NCBI GenBank assembly: GCA_041657885.1 | Contig: JBBABB010000003.1 | Span: forward strand, 1 to 56,409 | Reading direction: 5' to 3' | DNA from: Minisyncoccota bacterium | GTDB lineage: Bacteria; Patescibacteriota; Minisyncoccia; Phycocordibacterales; UBA9973 | Length of the DNA: 56,409 nucleotides | In this document: piece after piece, positions 43,509-50,756 of the stretch | How the letters are laid out: each line of letters begins with the position of its first letter | Position numbering within the stretch: the stretch's first letter is position 1 | Made by a program: the position numbers and the translations under genes | Notes under the pieces: model-generated | Database searches by the model: none | What the model was told of the DNA's origin: nothing | The model's input: the letters and a program-made list of their open reading frames with translations, nothing else

Positions 43509-43819
43509 AGGATACCGCCCCAGTAAAACTACCCACCAGATACTGTCTCTCTACGTTTTTGCCGTAGAGATTAGAATATATCGTCACAAAGAATGGTATT
43601 TCACTGTCGAGTAAATCACAACCGAGATCGTGACCATCAAACCTCTCCCATCTATGCTACGCAGAATAACCATATACTCAATATCAAGCTGCAGTAAAGC
43701 TTCTAGGGTCTTTTCGTCTATCTGCAGGTAACCGGCATCTTCACCGGTATTGTATTTTCACCGAGCAGGTCTTCGAGACAGCTCTCCAGTCATTATGCCA
43801 TTCGTGCGCGTCGGAACTT

Positions 43820-44059
43820 CATTACTCAACACCAATTTATTTATAAAAATTAGTGTGAACCCTTTATTTCTAAAGGAATGGACTATATCTTCATCCTTAA
43901 TAAATTATTAAGGATGTTTGCGTGTAGTCTCTACGGTGTCCCCGTAAATTATGGGGTTCCCTCGGTATTGCCATATTTAATTTTCATTAAACTTAGGTTT
44001 CACCGATACAGCAAATTATCGATCAGTTTTACAACTGAAAGGGGCAAGTTCCGATACTT
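43820..44059 (-). mobile_element. Minimal group I intron (240 nt, no ORF) after U1951 (E. coli numbering by hand count)
   Basis: The exons read CCTTGTCGGGT | intron | AAGTTCCGACGCGCACGAATGG. P1 pairs GGGUAAGU with ACUUGCCC and has a U.G pair at the splice site. The intron ends in G. R (CCGTAGAGACTACACGC) and S (GATGAAGATATAGTCC) elements are present. Confidence 0.8.
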
Positions 44060-44073
44060 ACCCGACAAGGTAC

Positions 44074-44114
<41 letters not shown>

Positions 44115-44294
44115 CAGGGCTTATATCAGCCAGCCTACATCTTGCGACATAGACCACCGATATTTGACCTTCTGGCATTGGTCAGGCATCACCCCCTATA
44201 CATCCTCTTACGAGTTCGCAGGGAGCTGTGTTTTTGATAAACAGTTGCCAGAGATACTTTCGCTGCGGCCCCGGGCATCACGCTACGCGCGATG

Positions 44295-44377
44295 TTAATT
44301 AAGAATTAATAATTAAAAATTAATAATGAAATACAAAATGCATTCAATTCTTAATTCCTAATTCATAATTATTAATT
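44295..44377 (-). other. AT-rich heptad-periodic hairpin expansion (IVS-like) in the 23S helix 63 region
   Basis: One arm is AATTAAG AATTAAT AATTAAA AATTAAT AATGAAA. The complementary arm is TTCTTAA TTCCTAA TTCATAA TTATTAA. Both have an exact 7-nt period and are embedded where E. coli has the short helix 63. Confidence 0.7.
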
Positions 44378-45040
44378 GCATCACATGCAATGTGATGCCT
44401 AGGGCAAGCCTTATTCCAAAGTTACGGCTGCTTGTTTGCCGAGTTCCTTGAAGACCTCTCACTCGTTCGCCTTGGTCTACTCGACCTGATTACCTGTGTC
44501 GGTTTACGGTACGGATTCTATTTCATTAACCTTAGATACTTTTCTTGGAAGCGTGCTTTATAAAATCTGCCTCGACGAATCGAAACATTTATGCCTCGCT
44601 TGGGTGCCACTTTTACGTGCATCTTCCGGATTTTCCTGGAAGAAACCCTCACTAACATACTCAAATCCAATAATGAGCTTTATATACTACACTCCGTCCT
44701 ATCATCGAATAAAATAGAAGTCAGGGAATATTAACCCTGTGCCCATCGGATGCGGCTATCGCCATTTCCTTAGGACCGACTAACCCTGGGGTGATTACCA
44801 TTGCCCAGGAAACCTTAATCTTTCGGCGGGAAGGGATCTCACCTTCCTTGCGGTTACTTGTGCCAACATTCTTACTTCCACACGCTCCACCATGGGTCAC
44901 CCCTTTGGCTTCGACGCTGAGTGGAAAACTCTCCTACCGCTCCCAATTTTAAAAAAATGGAAGCCCTCAATTTCGGTATTATGTTTAGCCCCGATTATTT
45001 TCGGTGCGAAATCTCTGGATGAGTGAGCTGTTACGCTTTC

Positions 45041-45072
<32 letters not shown>

Positions 45073-45203
45073 TCATTGTCAGAGAAATTTCACCTCCTTG
45101 ATTTGCACTTAACATAAATTTAGGGACCTTAATTAGAGATCTGGGCTGTTTCCCTTTTGGCTGATGGAGCTTCGCCCCCATAGCCTAACTGCCGTGTTTT
45201 TTA

Positions 45204-45338
45204 CCCCCACACCTACTTTACCATCGTTCTGTTTTTTCAAAACAACATTAACATTATTTTAATATTCTAATTAATAATATTATTTTTAATAATACAATCA
45301 ATACAGAACAAAAAACAATGGCAAAGTAGGTGTGGGGG
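45204..45338 (-). repeat. 135-nt hairpin IVS in 23S helix 45 (CCCCCACACCTA family, copy 1)
   Basis: cccccacacctactttaccatcgttctg...cagaacaaaaaacaatggcaaagtaggtgtggggg replaces the helix-45 tip, between GAATACTAAGAGTAAAC and TAAAAAACACGGCAG. It is about 98 percent identical to 46076-46212. Confidence 0.85.
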
Positions 45339-45725
45339 TTTACTCTTAGTATTCGGAGTTTGATAGAATTCGCGAGATTACTCCCTGTCGAAACCTTCCA
45401 GTGCTCTACCCCTAAGAGGAACACACGACGCTAGCCCTAAAGCTATTTCGGAGAGAACCAGCTATTACCAGGTTCGATTAGTTTTTCACTCCTTACCACA
45501 AGTCATCCGAGACTATTGCACGGGTCACCGGTTCGGACCTCCATCTGCCTTTCGACAAACTTCATCCTGCTCATGGCAAGCTCACCTGGCTTCGGGTCTT
45601 ATCTAGACTACATTTATTTCGCGCTATTAACACTCGGTTTCCCTAAGGCTCCACTGTTCTAACAGCTTAGCCTGCAGCATAGATAAACTCGTTGGCTCAT
45701 TCTTCAATAGGCACGCCGTGACGGA

Positions 45726-45771
45726 CAGAACAAAATTTTCGAAAAAAATTCCTTTCAAAAATTTTGTTCTG
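45726..45771 (-). other. Extended helix 25 hairpin (small IVS-like expansion)
   Basis: CAGAACAAAATTTT cgaaaaaaattcctttca AAAATTTTGTTCTG lies at the helix-25 position. It shares the CAGAACAAAA string with the 135-nt IVS family. Confidence 0.6.
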
Positions 45772-45826
45772 CCCGCTCCGACTCCTTGTAAGTATATGGT
45801 TTCAGGTCTATTTCACTCCCCTTATC

Positions 45827-45869
<43 letters not shown>

Positions 45870-46075
45870 ATCTAAAAAAGTATTTAGCCTTACCAGTTAG
45901 TTCTGGTGGATTCGCTCAAGCTATTCGTGTCTTGAGTTACTCAAGAATGACAATCAAGAAGATGTGAAATTTTCAACCACCGGGCTATCACCGTCTATGG
46001 CTCTTCTTTCCAGAAGATTAATCTAACAACACATTTTGTAACTTCTCTAGATAAATCTACATTGTCATCTTACAA

Positions 46076-46212
46076 CCCCCCCACACCTACTTTACCATCG
46101 TTCTGTTTTTTCAAAACAACATCAACATTATTTTAATATTCTAATTAATAATATTATTTTTGATAATACAATCAATGCAGAACAAAAAACAATGGCAAAG
46201 TAGGTGTGGGGG
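46076..46212 (-). repeat. 137-nt hairpin IVS in 23S domain I (CCCCCACACCTA family, copy 2)
   Basis: It has the same sequence as 45204-45338 apart from 3 substitutions. It is inserted right after AGTAGCGGCGAGCGAAAAGGAAAGAGCCCAAA. Confidence 0.85.
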
Positions 46213-46496
46213 TTTGGGCTCTTTCCTTTTCGCTCGCCGCTACTCAGAAAATAAATATTTTTCTCTTTTCCTCCAGGTACTGAAATGTTTTACTTCCCTG
46301 GGTATGCTCTTTTGTGTCAAGCACAAAAGTTTCTAAGGATTACTTAGAAGGGTTTCCCCATTCAGAAATTTCCGGATCAAAGGTTGCTAGGCACCTCCCC
46401 GAAACGTATCGCCGCCATGCTACGTCTTTCATCGCCTTTTTTAGTCTAGGCATCCGCCATATACTCTTATATTTCCTATTAGGAAATATGAAAACC

Positions 46497-46569
46497 ATCC
46501 CGTTAGAAGCCGCCCTCGCAAGTATGCGAGTGCTACGGTCACCTCGGGGCGACCTGCTTCTAACGGGAT
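46497..46569 (-). other. GC-rich 73-nt structured hairpin in the 23S 5' leader
   Basis: A 14-bp stem ATCCCGTTAGAAGC / GCTTCTAACGGGAT encloses GC-rich nested helices (CGCCC..GGGCG and CTCGC atactt GCGAG). It lies immediately 5' of helix 1. Confidence 0.6.
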
Positions 46570-46613
46570 TAATTAATATTGTCCGGAACCGCTTCCTTCT
46601 AAATATTAACTTT

Positions 46614-46699
46614 TTAATTATTGCGTTCTGTTTCCAACTCGATTAAAAGACCCTCTAAAATAAAGGATAACAGTGAGTTGGAACAGCATTCAGTTTTCA
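46614..46699 (-). other. 5' strand of the pre-23S processing stem, with an internal hairpin
   Basis: It is complementary to 40862-40891. The intervening segment ttccaactc...gagttggaa forms its own hairpin. Confidence 0.75.
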
Positions 46700-46729
46700 A
46701 ATATCATATCGACGCTTACAAAATAAAAA

Positions 46730-46746
46730 TCCGCCTTTTAAGCGGA
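46730..46746 (-). terminator. Terminator-like hairpin in the rRNA leader
   Basis: The minus strand reads TCCGC ttaaaag GCGGA followed by TTTTTATTTT. It lies between the candidate promoter and the processing stem. Confidence 0.35.
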
Positions 46747-46817
46747 CGAAGGAAAACCAATTGGTTTTACTTTAACCGCATATTTTGGTGATTTGTATTT
46801 ATTAACATCGTGGGTTT

Positions 46818-46846
46818 ATTCTATACTAAAGATAAATTAATGTCAA
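46818..46846 (-). promoter_or_regulatory. Candidate sigma70-type promoter of the 23S-5S operon
   Basis: The minus strand reads TTGACA (46846-41), a 17-nt spacer, then TAGAAT (46823-18). It lies between the upstream gene's terminator and the rRNA. Confidence 0.5.
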
Positions 46847-46866
46847 ATTTTTTGGGGATAATCAGA

Positions 46867-46905
46867 GTATAAAAACAGCCTTACAAAGTAAGGCTGTTTT
46901 TATAC
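46867..46905. terminator. Bidirectional hairpin terminator
   Basis: GTATAAAAACAGCCTTAC aaa GTAAGGCTGTTTTTATAC has perfect 18-bp arms with internal U-runs. It lies downstream of the 46931-47635 gene. Confidence 0.75.
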
Positions 46906-46930
46906 TTTGATTTCAAATTAGAAAACAGAC

Positions 46931-47635
46931 TTACATCCTTGAAGACACATCATTAGACATATCGCGAGATACATTTTCAATAGCGCGAGATGCTGCTTCT
47001 TTTCCACCAAGACCAAATGCAAGACCGAGTGCAATAGCAAGAGCTGCGATTAATCCTGTGAATAGAATCTGCATGAATGCAGTTGCAATACCAAGCTCTG
47101 ATAATGCAATAATAAATGCGAAGCCCCAGATAGCATAACGAGTGATAGAGCCGAGCATATTTGCTGAATGAACATTTGCAGCTTGTGCAGATGCTTTGAC
47201 AATCTTCTTCATTGCATCAGCAAGGAAAGAAGCAATGACCAAAACGAGAGCAGCAATAATTACTTTTGGTAAGTAGTACAATACTGCTTCACGAAGGAAA
47301 TCATTGACTTGAGTCAAACCGACAATCTCAAGTGATGCCATTAGAAAGACCACAATGATGAACCACTTTACAAGTCCACCAATGAATCGACTAGCACTCA
47401 ATTTAAGACCAGTACGATTTACGAAATCATTTGCTCCTGCACTTTCAAAAAGTTTATCAACTTTAAGTACAGCAACCAATTGTGTAATTGCCTTACCAAC
47501 AACCTTACCAACCAACACACCAACAATAAAAATAATTATTGCGCCCAATAGACTGGGGATAAAGCTTATAAACCCATACCAGAGACCTACCAAAGATTGA
47601 CTGAAAACTTCGCCCCAAGATTGTAATAAAATCAT
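46931..47635 (-). CDS. Membrane protein with conserved TM-helix repeats (MscS-N-terminal-like)
   Basis: Units of the type LLGAIIIFIVGVLVGKVVGKAITQLV recur, with about 5 TM segments. The family assignment is by recollection. Confidence 0.55.
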   Translation of the reverse strand: MILLQSWGEVFSQSLVGLWYGFISFIPSLLGAIIIFIVGVLVGKVVGKAITQLVAVLKVDKLFESAGANDFVNRTGLKLSASRFIGGLVKWFIIVVFLMASLEIVGLTQVNDFLREAVLYYLPKVIIAALVLVIASFLADAMKKIVKASAQAANVHSANMLGSITRYAIWGFAFIIALSELGIATAFMQILFTGLIAALAIALGLAFGLGGKEAASRAIENVSRDMSNDVSSRM

Positions 47636-47722
47636 AATATAATAAATATATTTACAAAAAAATAATAAGATACTTACAAAGATTCGACCTTTTCAAGTAC
47701 TTTACCATTATACCAAATTTTA

Positions 47723-48340
47723 CTACTTTTTAGAAATATATGTGGATAACTGCCCGTTGTCTATAAGCTTCTCATGTGGCAAGTCTATGATGTCACAGAC
47801 CAATTTATCATACATATCAACACGATATTTAAATTCATTAGTATCAAAAACCACATAATCAAGCTCCTTCCCTATCTCGGCTTCTAGTCCTTTAATGACT
47901 TGTTGTAAAATGTTCTTTTTGAGTTTGTCCCCGACGATAAGAACATCGGCTCGGCTCTTGCTATTGCCGATAAATACTCCCGATACTACCATTAATTTAA
48001 TTTTCCCTACTTGTTTGAAGCGCTGAGGTAAGTCCTCTTGAAGTAAAAGAGTTGGGTCTACAAGAATATCTCTTATGGACTGAAGGTATCGGAATGATGG
48101 GTTTAATGACCAAACAACAACTTTCTTTTTTGTGCCACGATAACCCTCTTTTGTTATAACTTTCTGCTTAATAAAATCTATAACAGATAAAGCATTTATT
48201 TCTTTACGGGCATTGGTTTTTGTTATACGACTACGAGATACAACTTCTTCAACTTCAAAATTACTGTTATTATTTAATAAAAAAAGACGCATTATCCTGA
48301 CACGTGCCTGACCACCAAAAAGTTTTGATAGAGTTTCCAT
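47723..48340 (-). CDS. Hypothetical protein with an N-terminal winged-helix-like domain
   Basis: METLSKLFGGQARVRIMRLFLLN resembles ArsR-type wHTH proteins. The start is moved to the ATG at 48340 because the ORF-track N-terminus (48385) reads through the 48359-48434 hairpin. Confidence 0.55.
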   Translation of the reverse strand: METLSKLFGGQARVRIMRLFLLNNNSNFEVEEVVSRSRITKTNARKEINALSVIDFIKQKVITKEGYRGTKKKVVVWSLNPSFRYLQSIRDILVDPTLLLQEDLPQRFKQVGKIKLMVVSGVFIGNSKSRADVLIVGDKLKKNILQQVIKGLEAEIGKELDYVVFDTNEFKYRVDMYDKLVCDIIDLPHEKLIDNGQLSTYISKK

Positions 48341-48358
48341 ACCACCAATATACACCTT

Positions 48359-48434
48359 AAAAAACACCCCCGCAAGCCCCCACACCTATATTTTGTTTAA
48401 TTAAATATAGGTGTGGGGGCAAGGGGTGTTTTTT
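48359..48434. repeat. Composite hairpin whose inner stem has the same base as the 23S IVS family (CCCCCACACCTA)
   Basis: AAAAAACACCCC cgcaag CCCCCACACCTATAttttgtttaattaaaTATAGGTGTGGGGG caa GGGGTGTTTTTT. Confidence 0.8.
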
Positions 48435-48442
48435 TGAGTTTT

Positions 48443-48562
48443 CCTCCCCTGCTAAGGGGTGAGCTTGGGCAAGGGACCCAAGCGCAAGACCTTGAACGTT
48501 TTGTAATCAAAATGTGAAAGGTGTACTGCTCCTGTAAGGAGGTGCCAAAGGCGGAGGGGTGA
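48443..48562. repeat. 120-nt structured palindromic element (RPE-like), copy B, intergenic
   Basis: It aligns along its whole length with 3146-3267. Stem changes are compensatory: GCTTGGG/CCCAAGC against GGTTGGG/CCCAACC, and TTTTG/CAAAA against CTTTG/CAAAG. The block aaggtgtactgctcctgtaaggagg is identical in both. Confidence 0.8.
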
Positions 48563-48567
48563 ATTAT

Positions 48568-49035
48568 TTACCTCAACGTAACCTTACCACCCGCTGTTTC
48601 CAATTTCTTCTTAAATTCTTCTGCTTCAACTTTTTTCATACCTTCTTTAAGTACTGAAGGAGCGCCATCAACTAAATCCTTTGCTTCTTTAAGTCCAAGA
48701 GCAAGAACTTCTTTGACAACTTTCATAACGGCAATTTTCTGTTCACCTGCAACTGTAAGCTCAACAGTAAAAACACTTTTTTCCTCAACTGCCTCCCCTA
48801 CGACTGCAGGACCAGCTGATGCGACTGTGGCTGCTGAGACCCCAAACTTTTCTTCTAATATTTTTACAAGTTCGTGCAAATCAAGAACTGACATTTCTTC
48901 TATTTTTGAAACTATGTCCTTGAATTTTGCAGGAACCCCGCCTGAATGATTTTCAGATCGGGCAGGTGTTGTTTTAGCATTAGTCTTTTCTTCTTTTTTG
49001 ACTTCTGCTTTCTCTTCCATTTTTGTTTCTTCCAT
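48568..49035 (-). CDS. rplL: 50S ribosomal protein L7/L12 with a Lys/Glu-rich N-terminal extension of about 35 aa
   Basis: [28 protein letters not shown], a hinge, and the C-terminal domain [27 protein letters not shown] are present. Confidence 0.9.
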   Translation of the reverse strand: MEETKMEEKAEVKKEEKTNAKTTPARSENHSGGVPAKFKDIVSKIEEMSVLDLHELVKILEEKFGVSAATVASAGPAVVGEAVEEKSVFTVELTVAGEQKIAVMKVVKEVLALGLKEAKDLVDGAPSVLKEGMKKVEAEEFKKKLETAGGKVTLR

Positions 49036-49071
49036 ATGTTTTTAAAATTAATTATTAATTGATTTGAGTTT

Positions 49072-49157
49072 CCCCTCCCCTTACCAAGGGTTGGGGAGGG
49101 GTTCCTAATTAATTAAGAACCTCCCCTCTCATTCCCCTCCTTAGTAAGGAGGGGAGG
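49072..49157. repeat. Cluster of GC-rich CCCCTCC..GGAGGGG hairpins in the rplJ-rplL spacer
   Basis: The cluster comprises CCCCTCCCC ttaccaagggtt GGGGAGGGG, the near-palindrome GGTTCCTAATTAATTAAGAACC, and TCCCCTCC ttagtaa GGAGGGGA. Confidence 0.75.
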
Positions 49158-49162
49158 AAATG

Positions 49163-49648
49163 CTATTTAGCTTCTGCTATCTGGTTTAGAACACTTGCAA
49201 ACCTTTGTATTGGTGAATTGATAAGATTGACGAACATTCCGCGTAGAGTTTGAAGCGGAGGAATTGTTGCAATGGACATCATCTCCGATGCATTCATATA
49301 CTTCCCTTCAAATACTCCCCCTACGATTGAAATATTCTCCTTGTGAATCTTCTGGAAACCAAAAACCTCACGAGCTCCAGTTAGTAGGTCAGCACTATAA
49401 GCGATTGCGACTTGCCCTCCCATTTCAGGTAAATCACCTGTTATCCCATGAGTGGAAAGCGCGCGCTTAAGTAGAGTTTTCTTTGCTACTTGGTAACCAA
49501 CTTCTTGTGCTTGAAGAGTTCGGCGAAGTGTATTCACGTCGGCAACTTTCAATTTACCAAATTTCACGAAGACAACAGAATTCGCGCCCTTTAGCGCTTT
49601 CTCGAGAGAAGCCACTAATTCTTTCTTTTTGTCTAATGTAATTGGCAT
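49163..49648 (-). CDS. rplJ: 50S ribosomal protein L10
   Basis: KKELVASLEKALKGANSVVFVKFGKLKVADVNTLRRTL is typical of L10. It lies upstream of rplL. Confidence 0.9.
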   Translation of the reverse strand: MPITLDKKKELVASLEKALKGANSVVFVKFGKLKVADVNTLRRTLQAQEVGYQVAKKTLLKRALSTHGITGDLPEMGGQVAIAYSADLLTGAREVFGFQKIHKENISIVGGVFEGKYMNASEMMSIATIPPLQTLRGMFVNLINSPIQRFASVLNQIAEAK

Positions 49649-49707
49649 AATAACTGTAATCTATCTAAATTAAAAAAATCGACCTATTAAGGCCGTTAAG
49701 TATTCCT

Positions 49708-49777
49708 CCTCCCCTTACCAAGGGGAGGGCTGGGAGGGGTCTGACCCCCTCTCGGTCTCCCTTTTAGCAGGGGGAGA
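49708..49777. repeat. Cluster of GC-rich hairpins in the rplJ 5' leader
   Basis: The cluster comprises CCTCCCC ttaccaa GGGGAGG, GGGAGGGG tctga CCCCCTCTC, and TCTCCC ttttagca GGGGGAGA. The string ccccttaccaaggg is shared with the 49072 cluster. Confidence 0.7.
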
Positions 49778-50020
49778 AGGAAACCTGGGAAGGACTTATA
49801 AATGCCTTCTTTCTACGGCTTACTTCTAGATAATAGCAAATAAAATTACTTTGTCAACAATTAAAATTACCAACTCAACGCGATAGCTTCGACTTGGTAA
49901 AAATCTTATTTAAATGAATCAATAACAACAAGCATTATAAGGCCAAAAATTATGACCCCGCAAAACGCTAAAAGGACCTTAAATGAATGTTTGTTAAACA
50001 TATTTGTAGTATACCATATT

Positions 50021-50048
50021 TTGCATTTTCCGTTTTTGGGTGTATAGT
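50021..50048 (+). promoter_or_regulatory. Candidate promoter of a small + strand transcription unit
   Basis: TTGCAT (50021-26), a 16-nt spacer, then TATAGT (50043-48). Confidence 0.4.
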
Positions 50049-50100
50049 AATTTTGAGATAACTAAATTTTGTTCTTAATTTTTTTAAAAAATCTAAAACT

Positions 50101-50259
50101 ATGGCTAGAAATTATGCTACCCAGGGTCTTCCAACCGAAAGACCTGACCCAAGGTCAACAAATTTCCGGAATTTGAGATTTTATCAATCCTATTGTGGTG
50201 AATCGTCAAATTCCAAAAAAGCGAACCGAAACGTACGCAAAAGAACACAACACAAGTAA
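50101..50259 (+). CDS. Possible 52-aa basic protein; alternatively part of a small RNA
   Basis: The ATG ORF reads MARNYATQGLPTERPDPRSTNFRNLRFYQSYCGESSNSKKANRNVRKRTQHK. It is too short for the ORF track. It is bracketed by a candidate promoter and a strong terminator. The RBS is weak. Confidence 0.35.
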   Translation: MARNYATQGLPTERPDPRSTNFRNLRFYQSYCGESSNSKKANRNVRKRTQHK

Positions 50260-50265
50260 GAAATT

Positions 50266-50315
50266 ACCCCCATGAAGCTTTCAAATAATGAAAGATTTCA
50301 TGGGGTATTTTTTTA
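50266..50315 (+). terminator. Rho-independent terminator
   Basis: ACCCC(C)ATGAA...TTCATGGGGT forms a long hairpin with an inner CTTTCA/TGAAAG stem. It is followed by ATTTTTTT. Confidence 0.7.
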
Positions 50316-50333
50316 AATTAATATCTCTAAGAT

Positions 50334-50756
50334 TTATCTATTTTTGATTTTAAAATAAATAGCGGAAATAGATGTTACGAGAATACTTAAAATCAAATAC
50401 AATATCCCTGAGAAATATATCATAAAGGTGCGGTCAACACAGAACATCATATCGCACTCATTGGGAGTTACTTTTATTAACAAAATTCCTATCAGCATTA
50501 ATGGGATTGCAAAAATAGCAAACTTTTTCCAAATTTTAAAAACTCGTTCTGAAAAAAATACAACAAATAATAACGAAGCTGAAATAAAAAGAGGAGTTAA
50601 AACAAACATTGGGATTAATTCATCAAAAAATAAAGTACTGCAAGAATAATTGTTTAAATGGTTACAATTTATTATATAAAGTGTATATAGATACGATAAA
50701 AGTAATATTATCAATAACACACCCAGAGAAATCAAAATTTTTTTTCTATAATTCAT
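50334..50756 (-). CDS. Hypothetical 4-TM membrane protein
   Basis: 140 aa with four hydrophobic segments and Cys pairs. Its start overlaps the stop of the upstream giant gene by 4 nt, which suggests translational coupling. Confidence 0.55.
   Translation of the reverse strand: MNYRKKILISLGVLLIILLLSYLYTLYIINCNHLNNYSCSTLFFDELIPMFVLTPLFISASLLFVVFFSERVFKIWKKFAIFAIPLMLIGILLIKVTPNECDMMFCVDRTFMIYFSGILYLILSILVTSISAIYFKIKNR

Noticed and set aside
49906-50001. 31-codon minus-strand ORF (MFNKHSFKVLLAFCGVIIFGLIMLVVIDSFK) that resembles a small membrane peptide
   Set aside because: It is too short and has no RBS, conservation or context evidence that I can assess from the sequence alone.
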